Assembly (NCBI GenBank): GCA_964549485.1
Contig: CAZJWI010000155.1
Coordinates: 1 to 63,543 of the forward strand
DNA: 63,543 nucleotides
Origin: an uncultured Flavobacteriaceae bacterium
GTDB lineage: Bacteria; Bacteroidota; Bacteroidia; Flavobacteriales; Flavobacteriaceae
Direction of reading: 5' to 3'
This document shows positions 20,126 to 29,734 of the stretch, in pieces. A model generated the notes under the pieces. It saw only the letters and a list, made by a program, of their open reading frames with translations. It ran no database searches and was not told the origin of the DNA. A program made the position numbers and the translations under genes. Position 1 is the stretch's first letter. Each line of letters starts with the position of its first letter.

Positions 20126-20206
20126 TTGAGTTGATTGTCAATAGATCCCTTTATTTATAGGAGATCGCAATTTACTACAAAACGAGACAGCGACAGAAAT
20201 ATTTTG

Positions 20207-20214
20207 TATATTTG
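20207..20214 (+). promoter_or_regulatory. -7 promoter box for greA
   Basis: TATATTTG. Confidence 0.65.
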
Positions 20215-20220
20215 ATAGAC

Positions 20221-20246
20221 AGATCCCGTCTTTATGGGATTTTTTT
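20221..20246 (+). terminator. Terminator-like hairpin in greA leader
   Basis: AGATCCCGT-cttt-ATGGGATTT followed by T run. Confidence 0.6.
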
Positions 20247-20319
20247 ATTCCCGCTTTGTCGGGAATCGTTGTATAAAAATACGACCAAGGGTCAAGCCTT
20301 AGTCAAAAGCATATAGATT

Positions 20320-20796
20320 ATGAGCAAGGTGAACTATTACACTGCCGAAGGATTAAAAAAATTGAAAGACGAACTCAATCATCTCAGAGATGTAGAACGT
20401 CCCAAGGCATCACAGGATATTGCAGAAGCAAGAGATAAAGGAGATTTGAGTGAAAATGCAGAGTACGATGCCGCCAAGGAGGCACAGGGTATGCTTGAAA
20501 TGCGAATTTCACAAATGGAAGAATTGGTAGCCAATGCGCGTATTATTGACGAATCACAATTAGATACCAGTAAAGTACTGATTCACTCTACCGTCAAAAT
20601 AAAAAACCAAACCAACGGGATGGAGATGTCCTATAAACTCGTTGCTCAAAATGAGGCCGATATCAAGGCGGGTAAAATTTCTGTAGACTCTCCTATTGGC
20701 AAAGGACTATTGGGGAAAGAGGTAGGTGATGTAGCCGAAATTCAAGTGCCTAATGGGATTATGAAATTTGATGTACTCGAAATAAGTCGAGATTAA
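20320..20796 (+). CDS. greA: Transcription elongation factor GreA
   Basis: GDLSENAEYDAAKE, ISVDSPIGKGLLGK. Confidence 0.97.
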   Translation: MSKVNYYTAEGLKKLKDELNHLRDVERPKASQDIAEARDKGDLSENAEYDAAKEAQGMLEMRISQMEELVANARIIDESQLDTSKVLIHSTVKIKNQTNGMEMSYKLVAQNEADIKAGKISVDSPIGKGLLGKEVGDVAEIQVPNGIMKFDVLEISRD

Positions 20797-20808
20797 CCAC
20801 AGCGTGTA

Positions 20809-21198
20809 ATGGCAAGTATTTTTACGCAAATCATAGAAAGAGAATTACCTGGATATATCGTTGCAGAAGACGATAAGCACATCGCTATCTTAGATATTAA
20901 CCCAAATACGGCAGGGCATACCTTGTGTATTCCAAAACAAGAGGTCGATAAGATTTTTGATCTTTCGCCCACGGCGTATTCAGATTTGATGACCTTTAGC
21001 TACAAGGTGGCTCAGGCATTAGAAAAAGCGGTTCCCTGTAAACGCGTTGGTATGTCTGTAATTGGTCTGGAAGTATCCCATGTGCACGTCCATCTAATTC
21101 CTTTGCAGTCTATGGAAGATATACAGTTTGAAAACAAAGCGGTCTTAACTCCATATGAATTTGAAGCCTTGGTAGATCAAATAAAAAGATACCTTTAA
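20809..21198 (+). CDS. HIT family hydrolase
   Basis: SIF..I, GHTL.IPK, HVHVHLIP. Confidence 0.92.
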   Translation: MASIFTQIIERELPGYIVAEDDKHIAILDINPNTAGHTLCIPKQEVDKIFDLSPTAYSDLMTFSYKVAQALEKAVPCKRVGMSVIGLEVSHVHVHLIPLQSMEDIQFENKAVLTPYEFEALVDQIKRYL

Positions 21199-21533
21199 CC
21201 TAGCCCAAGATAAGCCAGTCCAAAAAGCACAATGGCCAGTGCCACCACCACAGTCCATAATAAAGGTTTGATTTTAAATTGAGAAGGCCTTTGAGCTAGT
21301 TTAAGATGATATTGATAAACGCGCTCTATATCTTGGCTCCAATTAACCGGATAAATCGCAGATTGACAATGTTCACAATGCAAGACTTCCTTTACCGTTT
21401 TAGCGGTGTATCTTACCCAAGCATTCTCGACCCACTGCTGATGAAATTCTAACTCTAGCCCATTGGTACTAAAACACTGTGGGCAGTTATTTCTTAATGA
21501 AGCCTTATAAAATCGTTCAAAAGATGTTGGCAT
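21195..21533 (-). CDS. Zinc-ribbon membrane protein
   Basis: CPQC and CEHC pairs, C-terminal TM helix. Confidence 0.75.
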   Translation of the reverse strand: MPTSFERFYKASLRNNCPQCFSTNGLELEFHQQWVENAWVRYTAKTVKEVLHCEHCQSAIYPVNWSQDIERVYQYHLKLAQRPSQFKIKPLLWTVVVALAIVLFGLAYLGLG

Positions 21534-21597
21534 ATTTGAACAACGCTATGCAGGCTGTTAAATTGCGCAATTCGATTAGGGCTTACAAGATCTCTTT

Positions 21598-22797
21598 TTA
21601 GTGCACATTTTTAAGCTTGAGCGAAATTTGCATCACCGTACCCTGATTTTGTTCACTTTTTAAAACGCGTATCTGACCACCGTGATATTCTTCAATTATT
21701 CTTTTGGCTAATGACAGTCCCAGGCCCCACCCTCTCTTTTTGGTGGTATATCCAGGTTCAAAAATACTGTGGAATTTATTTTTGGGTATGCCTTTACCCG
21801 TATCTGCGATTTGTACTTTGGCAAAACGCGTATCACGACATATGGTGACACTCAGATCACCTTTCCCTTTCATCGCGTCTATGGCATTTTTGACTAGATT
21901 TTCTATGGTCCACCCATATAATTGAGCATTGAGCATGACTGGTAACTCACCTTGTGGGATGTCTAACGAAAAGTTGATGAGTTTGGAACTGCGATTTGAC
22001 AAATAATCAAAGGCCGCCTTTGTCTCTGCTATCAAGTCTTTTTCTTCTAAGACGGGCACAGAGCCTATCTTGCTAAATCGTTCTGTAATGACTTGTAGTC
22101 TATCTATATCTTTGGTCATCTCTTCGATATAACTCGGGTCTACATTTTCTGATTTCAAGATTTCGGTCCAACCTACTAGGGATGACAAGGGGGTTCCAAT
22201 TTGATGTGCTGTTTCTTTGGCCATACCCGCCCAGAGAAGATTTTGAGAAGACGCTTTGGAGGTGAGGTAGTAAAAGTAAATTAGCGCAACAAAAAGAATA
22301 ACAATCACCAGCAAGGCAATTGGAAAATACTTTAACTGACTAATCACGGGAGAATTTCCGTAGTAGAGAATATCATCAACCTTCCCGCCCGGTGCAATAG
22401 GAATTGGCTCATTGACCAATTCAAATTCTTTGGCCATCAAAGCGAGCTGCTCTTGTGTTAGTTTATCTTCATTTTCAATATTATTGGGAGAGTAAGTTTC
22501 AGATTCGAGATTATATTTGATCGTAGGTATAGTTGTATTCGCCAAAATGACCTTGAGGTATAATCCAGAAAGAGAACGCGCAAGGGCTTTAGCGTCTCTA
22601 TTGGATCGGCTTGGCACAATATCGACAGTTTCTTCTACAGCTCGCACAGCGGCTCCATACACTTCCATTTTAGAACGCTCGGCTTCCTTGAGCTGATCAA
22701 AGAAAAGTGAGACATTCCACAAGATTAGGGTGGTGATGATTAGAGAAGAAATAATGATAAACCACCTAGAAAATTGTGGGGAAGTATTAAACTTCAT
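21598..22797 (-). CDS. Sensor histidine kinase
   Basis: Two TMs, H box ETAHQIGTPL, N box NAIDA, DTGKG, GWGLGL. Confidence 0.93.
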   Translation of the reverse strand: MKFNTSPQFSRWFIIISSLIITTLILWNVSLFFDQLKEAERSKMEVYGAAVRAVEETVDIVPSRSNRDAKALARSLSGLYLKVILANTTIPTIKYNLESETYSPNNIENEDKLTQEQLALMAKEFELVNEPIPIAPGGKVDDILYYGNSPVISQLKYFPIALLVIVILFVALIYFYYLTSKASSQNLLWAGMAKETAHQIGTPLSSLVGWTEILKSENVDPSYIEEMTKDIDRLQVITERFSKIGSVPVLEEKDLIAETKAAFDYLSNRSSKLINFSLDIPQGELPVMLNAQLYGWTIENLVKNAIDAMKGKGDLSVTICRDTRFAKVQIADTGKGIPKNKFHSIFEPGYTTKKRGWGLGLSLAKRIIEEYHGGQIRVLKSEQNQGTVMQISLKLKNVH

Positions 22798-22935
22798 AAA
22801 TGATACATTTTAAAATAAAGATACTTTTTTTAACGCAGTACGCACAACAACTTAAACACTTCTGTTCAAGGCGAAGAAAAGCATTTGAACAAAATCAACT
22901 TGTATCGATCTTTCCTACCTTTACAAAAAAACACT

Positions 22936-23808
22936 ATGGTACTTACATTAGACCCTAAAGAACTATCTATTGCCACACTATTTGGCCATCTTACAGGAGC
23001 GGTTGGCCCTAGACCCATTGCCTTTGCCAGTACGGTAGATAGCAAGGGAAATGTCAATCTGGCTCCTTTTAGTTTTTTTAATGTCTTTGGTGCCAACCCC
23101 CCTATTTTGGTATTTTCCCCTTCTCGAAGCGGAAGAGACAATACCACCAAACATACCTTAGACAATGTTTTAGAAGTTCCAGAAACCGTTGTAAATATGG
23201 TTGATTATAAGATGGTACAGCAGATGTCTTTGGCTAGTACGGCTTACGCCAAAGGAGTCAATGAATTTACTAAATCTGGGCTTACCGAATTAGCATCTCA
23301 AACAGTCACACCACCTAGAGTGGCTGAATCTCCTGTTCAATTTGAGTGTAAAGTTATAGAGGTCAAGGCGCTTGGTGATCAAGGTGGAGCAGGTAATTTG
23401 GTGATTTGCGAAATAACTAAAATCCATATCGACAAGGCGATATTAGATGAGCAAGGCCGTATCGATCCAGAGAAAATGGATCAGGTTGCCAGAATGGGAG
23501 GCAATTGGTATTCTAGAGCAAAAGAAGGGCTTTTTGAAGTGCCCAAACCTGTAACACAAACGGGGATTGGCTATGATCAAATACCACTTGATATTAGGCA
23601 AAGCACGATCTTAACCGGTAACGACTTAGGTATGTTGGGCAATGTTGAAAGCCTACCTACAATCGAAGAAATAGAAGCTTTTGTAAATAGTGATATCGAA
23701 ATTCGCAGTTTGTTAAACACCAAAGACCCTGAACAAATTCACAAAAAGGCGCAAAGTTACCTGGCCGAAAAAAATGTGAATAACGCATGGAAACTCCTGC
23801 TTGCCTAA
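22936..23808 (+). CDS. Flavin reductase family protein
   Basis: PRPIAFAST, NLAPFSFFN, ESPVQFEC, ARMGG.WY; start at MVLTLD. Confidence 0.88.
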   Translation: MVLTLDPKELSIATLFGHLTGAVGPRPIAFASTVDSKGNVNLAPFSFFNVFGANPPILVFSPSRSGRDNTTKHTLDNVLEVPETVVNMVDYKMVQQMSLASTAYAKGVNEFTKSGLTELASQTVTPPRVAESPVQFECKVIEVKALGDQGGAGNLVICEITKIHIDKAILDEQGRIDPEKMDQVARMGGNWYSRAKEGLFEVPKPVTQTGIGYDQIPLDIRQSTILTGNDLGMLGNVESLPTIEEIEAFVNSDIEIRSLLNTKDPEQIHKKAQSYLAEKNVNNAWKLLLA

Positions 23809-23851
23809 CGGGATTATTTCAATACATTTATACCCTTCAAAAATAACGATG

Positions 23852-24232
23852 ATGGAAGTACAAGGAAAAGTAAAAATGATAGGCCAAACCCAAACTTTTG
23901 GCAATAACGGATTTAGAAAAAGAGAAATAGTAGTCACTACCGAAGAACAATACCCACAACACATTATGGTGGAGTTTGTGCAGGACAAAGTTGATTTATT
24001 AAATAATTTTCAAGTAGGTCAGCCCGTAAAAATTAGCATTAACCTCAGAGGTCGCGAATGGGTTAACCCACAGGGGGAAACCAAATATTTTAATAGCATA
24101 CAGGGTTGGAGAATTGAAGCCTTACAAGCTTCGGCACCCGAAGGAGCTCCTATGCCTCCTATGCCTCCGGCAGATGCTTTTGAGCCAGCGACAAATCTCA
24201 ACACCGAAGATCACGACGATTTACCATTCTAA
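23852..24232 (+). CDS. DUF3127 protein (OB-fold, SSB-like)
   Basis: ME..G, F.KRE.V, YPQ, GREW, YFN.I..W, C-terminal DDLPF. Confidence 0.88.
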   Translation: MEVQGKVKMIGQTQTFGNNGFRKREIVVTTEEQYPQHIMVEFVQDKVDLLNNFQVGQPVKISINLRGREWVNPQGETKYFNSIQGWRIEALQASAPEGAPMPPMPPADAFEPATNLNTEDHDDLPF

Positions 24233-24248
24233 GCGTAATAAACAACCC

Positions 24249-24286
24249 AAAAAAACCCGATATTCACATTATATCGGGTTTTTTTT
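24249..24286 (+). terminator. Intrinsic terminator
   Basis: AAAAAAACCCGATAT...ATATCGGGTTTTTTTT. Confidence 0.85.
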
Positions 24287-24326
24287 GCCCATTATGACCC
24301 TTATTTTTAGGGTCTAGATCAAGCAT

Positions 24327-25688
24327 ATGTCTATCACAAAATCTATAGAGAGGCTCTTTCAAAAGTACCTACCCACTCCTTTTGTCATAGCGATACTATT
24401 AACCTTCGCCACTATCATATTGGCGCTTGTCTTTACAGACAATCCATCAAACCAGCCGCACATATTTTTGGTGCTCTCTTATTGGGAGTCAGGTATTTGG
24501 AACGAGGGCTTATTGGTATTTGCCTATCAAATGATGCTCATATTGGTTTTAGGGCATGTCTTGTGTTTGTCTCAGCCCGTTGCCAGTGCCCTAGACAAGG
24601 TAACAGTATATGCCACCTCAACGGCAAAAGCAGTGGTGTTGGTGAGTTTTTGTACAATGTTAGTAGCCTTCTTTAATTGGGGGTTAGGACTTATTTTTGG
24701 GGCAATATTTGCACGAAAAATTGGAGAAGCGGCCTTAAAAAAGGGGATTGCCATCAATTATCCATTAGTAGGTGCGGCTGGTTATGTGGGTCTCATGGTC
24801 TGGCATGGTGGCATGAGCGGTTCTGCGCCTTTAAAAGTAGCCGAGTTTGGCCATTTGGCTTCCTTGATGCAAGATATGGCCACTCCAGCATTCATTAGTC
24901 AACTTCCTGATCGTATCACAGATGGTCAAACCATTTTTAGCCAGGCCAACCTGACTATTTTTGGTATACTACTCTTACTGGTACCAATGACGCTTTATAC
25001 GCTTTCGCGAAAAGCAAAACCCACCAGCCTACCCGCTTTTGGGGATGAGTTTGCTCCCAACGCTGCCTCAGAAAGAGAACACCGAATGGATCGCTCCAAG
25101 ATCTTAGGTATTGCTTTTGGACTTGTCGTATTACTTAGCTTTTATATCGTCTATTGGGGGAAGTCCTTAACTCCAAATATGCTCAATTTTTGCATGTTAG
25201 GCCTCGGTATTTTATTACACGGTAATTTTAGAAACTTTAGTAGCGCAGTCGAAAAGGCCATTGGTGGAGCCAGCGGCATTTTAATTCAATTTCCGTTGTA
25301 TTTTGGTATTATGGGCATTATGAAAAGTACGGGTATGGTCACCCTTATAAGTGACGGTTTCGTGTCTTTTGCAACGCAGACTACCTTACCAATATTTACC
25401 TTTATTAGTGCAGGTATCGTAAATGTATTTGTTCCTAGTGGAGGCGGTCAATGGGCCATTCAAGGTCCCATTATCATTGAAAGCGCCTATAGCTTAGGGG
25501 TACCGCTTCCCAAAGCAATTATGGCTATGGCCTATGGCGATCAAATCACCAATATGCTCCAACCCTTCTGGGCATTACCGCTATTGGGTATTACCAAATT
25601 AAAAGCCAAGGAGATTTTACCTTATACCTTGATACTCATGCTAGTTGGCGCCCTTGTATTTATTGCTGGACTGTTGCTGTTTTACTAA
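24327..25688 (+). CDS. atoE: Short-chain fatty acid transporter (AtoE family)
   Basis: QM.LIL..GH, NWG.GL, WHGG.SGSAPL, FVPSGGGQW..QGP, QPFWALP. Confidence 0.88.
   Translation: MSITKSIERLFQKYLPTPFVIAILLTFATIILALVFTDNPSNQPHIFLVLSYWESGIWNEGLLVFAYQMMLILVLGHVLCLSQPVASALDKVTVYATSTAKAVVLVSFCTMLVAFFNWGLGLIFGAIFARKIGEAALKKGIAINYPLVGAAGYVGLMVWHGGMSGSAPLKVAEFGHLASLMQDMATPAFISQLPDRITDGQTIFSQANLTIFGILLLLVPMTLYTLSRKAKPTSLPAFGDEFAPNAASEREHRMDRSKILGIAFGLVVLLSFYIVYWGKSLTPNMLNFCMLGLGILLHGNFRNFSSAVEKAIGGASGILIQFPLYFGIMGIMKSTGMVTLISDGFVSFATQTTLPIFTFISAGIVNVFVPSGGGQWAIQGPIIIESAYSLGVPLPKAIMAMAYGDQITNMLQPFWALPLLGITKLKAKEILPYTLILMLVGALVFIAGLLLFY
25001..25015. repeat. Palindrome variant GCTTTCGCGAAAAGC (LSRKA)
   Basis: Core intact, one extra A. 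Confidence 0.85.
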
Positions 25689-25786
25689 AAATCACCACTA
25701 CAGCTGAGATCGTAAAAATGACAGTTGAGTCATTTATTATTGATAAAGGTGGGCTAATCCTTCATATTTGAAGTAAAAATAAAAGG

Positions 25787-26299
25787 ATGCTTTCAGGTCA
25801 GATTGGGTTACTTCATTTTATCACTTCTATAATAGCGCTTGCCACAGGAACTTATGTGCTTGCCGTTGCCAAGGGGAGTAAAAAACACAAACAAATAGGC
25901 TATGTGTATGCGGTGAGTATGCTGGTGTTGCTCGCTACTTCCTTTATGCTGTACAATTTGCACGGTAAATTTGGTATTCTGCATTGGTTTTCGGTAATAA
26001 GCAGTCTAACTTTGATAGGCGGAATGCTGCCTATGTGGCTTAAAAGACCCAAAAGCACCTATCTACATTATCATTTTAGCTTTATGTACTGGAGTGTCAT
26101 TGGGCTTTATAGTGCCCTTATGGCCGAAATTCTGACACGTCTCCCTCCTCTATTTGGGGTTTCTGATAACCAAATGCCAGTATTTTATACTCTAGTGGGG
26201 CTTGCCGCAGCAATAGTAGGTGGTTTAGGATCGGTGTATTTTAGAAAATACAAAAGTCGATGGCTTGCCCTAGTAGCGAGAGGTAAAAAGATGGTTTAG
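25787..26299 (+). CDS. DUF2306-like membrane protein
   Basis: KGS..HK.IG..Y, H...M.WS motifs, multi-TM. Confidence 0.78.
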   Translation: MLSGQIGLLHFITSIIALATGTYVLAVAKGSKKHKQIGYVYAVSMLVLLATSFMLYNLHGKFGILHWFSVISSLTLIGGMLPMWLKRPKSTYLHYHFSFMYWSVIGLYSALMAEILTRLPPLFGVSDNQMPVFYTLVGLAAAIVGGLGSVYFRKYKSRWLALVARGKKMV

Positions 26300-26326
26300 T
26301 CTAAAAAAATCAAATACCTTAGCCCT

Positions 26327-26983
26327 ATGTTTGAACTGCCAGATAAACATCAAGGGGCTGAAGAACCCTGGTTTCCAGATCCTCAATACGCCGATGAAGA
26401 AGGGTTGCTATCAATAGGGGGAAGTCTTGCGCCCAATTGGTTATTACATGCCTATAATCGCGGTATTTTTCCTTGGTATAGCGAAGGGCAACCCATTTTG
26501 TGGTGGTCTCCAGATCCTCGCATGGTGGTTACTCCAGAACAAGTTCACGTGTCAAAATCGATGAAGAGGTTTATGGTTAAAACGCATTTACGGGTTACCT
26601 TCAATCAAGATTTTTCTGGGGTTATTGCCCATTGTCAAAAATCACCCAGACCTCATCAAGAAGGTACATGGATTACAGAGGCCATCAAAAGCGCTTATAC
26701 TGAGTTACATCAAATGGGCAGGGCTGTATCGGTAGAGGTATGGGATAAGCAACAACTTGTAGGCGGACTCTACGGTGTAGATCTTAAAGCTAAAGGGGTC
26801 TTTTGTGGTGAGAGTATGTTTTCAAAACATTCCAATGCCAGTAAGCTCGCTTTTATTGCACTTTCGCGAAAGCTTAGCCAGGAGAAATATCGTTTGATTG
26901 ATTGTCAAATGCATACTCCACACCTAGAGAGCCTTGGCGCATACGAAATTTCCAGATCCAAATTTTTGACCTATTTGCAGTGA
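26327..26983 (+). CDS. aat: Leucyl/phenylalanyl-tRNA--protein transferase
   Basis: AY..GIFPW, WWSPDPR, TWI, GGLYG, FCGESMF, DCQ..T.HL. Confidence 0.95.
   Translation: MFELPDKHQGAEEPWFPDPQYADEEGLLSIGGSLAPNWLLHAYNRGIFPWYSEGQPILWWSPDPRMVVTPEQVHVSKSMKRFMVKTHLRVTFNQDFSGVIAHCQKSPRPHQEGTWITEAIKSAYTELHQMGRAVSVEVWDKQQLVGGLYGVDLKAKGVFCGESMFSKHSNASKLAFIALSRKLSQEKYRLIDCQMHTPHLESLGAYEISRSKFLTYLQ
26860..26873. repeat. Palindrome variant ACTTTCGCGAAAGC (LSRKL)
   Basis: 13 of 14 bases match. Confidence 0.9.
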
Positions 26984-26986
26984 TTA

Positions 26987-27565
26987 CTATGAAGACAGCT
27001 CTTTTACTTGCTGATGTCTAAAGCAATTAAGCTCGTGATCATTGACCATTCCTATAGCTTGCATAGTGGCATAAATCACTGTGCTGCCTACAAACTTAAA
27101 CCCCCGTTTTTTTAAATCTTTTGAGATTTGATCGCTCAAAGCCGTGTTGGCCGGAGCATCGCTATAATGGGCATACCGGTTTTGAATGGGAGTATGGTTT
27201 ACAAAACCCCAGATATAATTAGAAAAGCTGCCAAATTCTTTTTGGATATCTTGAAATCGCTGGGCGTTTACCACTGCACTTTCGATCTTTAAGCGATTTC
27301 GAATGATGCCGGCATCCTGTCTAAGAGCCGCAATTTTGTCTTGATTGTAGTGGGCTATTTTCTTGTAATCAAATTGGTCAAAAGCAACTCTAAAGTTTTC
27401 GCGTTTTTTCAAAATTGTTATCCAGCTCAACCCAGCCTGAAAAGTTTCCAACAACAAAAATTCAAAGAGTTTATTGTCATCTTTTAAAGGGACACCCCAT
27501 TCCTTATCGTGATAGGTTTCATACAAGGTATCACCTACACACCAACCGCATCTGTGTTTAGTCAT
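26987..27565 (-). CDS. tag: DNA-3-methyladenine glycosylase I
   Basis: RC.W, YHD.EWG, QAGLSW, IIRNR.KI, FVG, NDH...C. Confidence 0.95.
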   Translation of the reverse strand: MTKHRCGWCVGDTLYETYHDKEWGVPLKDDNKLFEFLLLETFQAGLSWITILKKRENFRVAFDQFDYKKIAHYNQDKIAALRQDAGIIRNRLKIESAVVNAQRFQDIQKEFGSFSNYIWGFVNHTPIQNRYAHYSDAPANTALSDQISKDLKKRGFKFVGSTVIYATMQAIGMVNDHELNCFRHQQVKELSS

Positions 27566-27633
27566 TTGAGAAGTGGTATTTTTACACAGAGAAAGATAGT
27601 AAGTAATTTTAGAAGGTTTCGACTTAAAGCCAC

Positions 27634-28251
27634 ATGATTTCTATGGAACAACTCACAAAAGAACAAAAAGTAGCCGCTGTCCTAGATAAGGCCATAAGCT
27701 ACAAAGCGTATCGCACAATAATTGATCTACAGGCCGAACAAAACAGTACCTCTGGCCCAGTTCAAACCGAAGCATTGGCCCAATATACGATGCTCAATCA
27801 GCGGCGTATGAAACGTCTGGATAAAACCTTAAAATTAAGCGAGGCTCAGATTGCCCAGATCAAGGCCTACGACAAAGCTGTTATATGGCTTGTACTAACA
27901 GAAACTTGGTGTGGTGATGCGGCTCAGAGTTTGCCTATGATGCATAAAATAGCTAGTCTAAACCCGCTAATAGATTTAAAAATCGTTTTTAGAGACGAAA
28001 ATCTCGAGCTCATGGATGCATTTTTGTACCGAGGCGGAAGGTCAATCCCAAAATTAATTGCTTTTGATCCTAAACAGCAGTCCATCATTGGAGAGTGGGG
28101 TCCAAGACCTTCACAAGCTACTAAACTCGTTGATTTATATAAAGAAGAACACGGTAGTCTTACGCCACAATTTAAACAAGATTTACAACTGTGGTACACC
28201 AAAGACCGAGGGCAGGACATCGCCAGTGATCTTATAGGATTACTCCAATGA
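27634..28251 (+). CDS. Thioredoxin-family protein (WCGD type)
   Basis: TETWCGDA, RDEN, SIPK, WGPRP. Confidence 0.85.
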   Translation: MISMEQLTKEQKVAAVLDKAISYKAYRTIIDLQAEQNSTSGPVQTEALAQYTMLNQRRMKRLDKTLKLSEAQIAQIKAYDKAVIWLVLTETWCGDAAQSLPMMHKIASLNPLIDLKIVFRDENLELMDAFLYRGGRSIPKLIAFDPKQQSIIGEWGPRPSQATKLVDLYKEEHGSLTPQFKQDLQLWYTKDRGQDIASDLIGLLQ

Positions 28252-28986
28252 TTAACCTTGAAAATTAAAAGTAATACTTCCTTTTTGTATTTGGATTGAT
28301 GCAGCGTCAAAATAAGCGTTTTCTACATACGTTAAGGCCTGATCAATCAAACAACCGTTTGAAGAGGTAGAACTCTTCTTATTATAATCCATTTTAGTGA
28401 TACTTCCATTGGCATTCACTGTGATATCTATCACGATGACACCACGAGCATCACAAGTATAGACTGGGTTGGGAATACGAATAGCCTGTCTCCCTTCCAA
28501 ATCATAAGATACCGTGCTTAATCGATTCCCTTTTTTCTTATTTCGAGCGGCTTCTCTGGCCTCAATTTGAGCTGCGATTTGCTCACGTTTTTTAGCAAGC
28601 GCCTCTGCAAGTTCTTTTTGATGCTGTTTTAGTAAAGCTTCATTTTCGGCATTTAGAGCCTCCACGCTCCCTAATTGTTGTGCCTCTATGGCTTTTCTGA
28701 TTTCGTCTTCTTCTTCAAAAAGCGACTTTGACTCATCGCGCAAGGCACGGCTGTCATAAGCCTGATGGGTAATCTGACTCGAGCGTGTGCTCGGTTGTTC
28801 TCTTGTTGGTTTGGGCAGATTTTCCTTTTCGGGTTCTAAGGCCTCGGCCAGCACGGGTATTTCAAAATAGGCTTCGGGTATTTTGTCTTGATAGGGTTTG
28901 ACACCCAAAAAGAAGAATACCAGTATCAACATACTCGCACCACCAAATGTGATCAATAGGGCTTTATCTTGGGGGCTCAACTTCAT
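28252..28986 (-). CDS. TonB-like membrane-anchored protein
   Basis: N-terminal TM, charged linker, C-terminal P.Y.C...G...V.I.V...G domain. Confidence 0.65.
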   Translation of the reverse strand: MKLSPQDKALLITFGGASMLILVFFFLGVKPYQDKIPEAYFEIPVLAEALEPEKENLPKPTREQPSTRSSQITHQAYDSRALRDESKSLFEEEDEIRKAIEAQQLGSVEALNAENEALLKQHQKELAEALAKKREQIAAQIEAREAARNKKKGNRLSTVSYDLEGRQAIRIPNPVYTCDARGVIVIDITVNANGSITKMDYNKKSSTSSNGCLIDQALTYVENAYFDAASIQIQKGSITFNFQG

Positions 28987-29024
28987 AATCGACCTAAAAT
29001 AATCAAAAAAATAGGATTTACTGC

Positions 29025-29732
29025 TTAATTCTTGTCTTTGGAGGTTGTAAAACCCGCTTCAAAGTCAGAAATGCTTTGCGCATTATCTACGTCAAAATCA
29101 CCTATTTTGGTTCTTCGCAAAGCGGTGAGATGAGCACCACTTCCCAGGCCCTGTCCAAAATCATGAGCTAAGGATCGGATATAAGTACCCTTACTACAGC
29201 TCACTTTAAAATCGACTTCAGGAAGCTCAATTCTCGTGATTTCAAAACTGTGGATTTCGGTTTCTCGCAAAGGAATATTAACGGCCTCACCCGCTCTGGC
29301 ATATTCGTATAAGCGCTTACCATCCTTTTTTAATGCCGAAAATACAGGTGGGCGTTGCTGTATAATACCTGTATTCGCTTTCGCGAAAGCGTGTATAGCC
29401 TCATTGGTAATATGCGCAATAGGAAATTCCTGATTGACCTCAGTCTCCAAATCGTAAGAAGGCGTGGTAGCTCCCAGAAAAAAAGTGCCCGTATACGTCT
29501 TGGCCTGACCCATAAATTCGTTAATGCGTTTGGTAAACTTTCCCGTACAAATAATCATAAGACCACTAGCCAAAGGATCTAAAGTTCCTGCATGACCCAC
29601 CTTGATTTTTTTGATCTCGAGATTTTTTCGAATTAACCAGCGCACCTTGTTCACCAGCTGAAAAGAACTCCACTCTAGAGGTTTGTCAAATAGTAGCACC
29701 TGGCCATCTTTATAATCCTGAGCCTCTAACAT
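29025..29732 (-). CDS. truB: tRNA pseudouridine(55) synthase
   Basis: KVGHAGTLDPLASG, PP.FSA, CSKGTYIRSL. Confidence 0.96.
   Translation of the reverse strand: MLEAQDYKDGQVLLFDKPLEWSSFQLVNKVRWLIRKNLEIKKIKVGHAGTLDPLASGLMIICTGKFTKRINEFMGQAKTYTGTFFLGATTPSYDLETEVNQEFPIAHITNEAIHAFAKANTGIIQQRPPVFSALKKDGKRLYEYARAGEAVNIPLRETEIHSFEITRIELPEVDFKVSCSKGTYIRSLAHDFGQGLGSGAHLTALRRTKIGDFDVDNAQSISDFEAGFTTSKDKN
29376..29391. repeat. Extended 16-bp palindrome CGCTTTCGCGAAAGCG in truB (AFAKA)
   Basis: Read directly. Confidence 0.95.
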
Positions 29733-29734
29733 GA

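Noticed and set aside
21598-22797. Orphan histidine kinase as a novelty
   Set aside because: Orphan kinases are common; nothing else unusual visible
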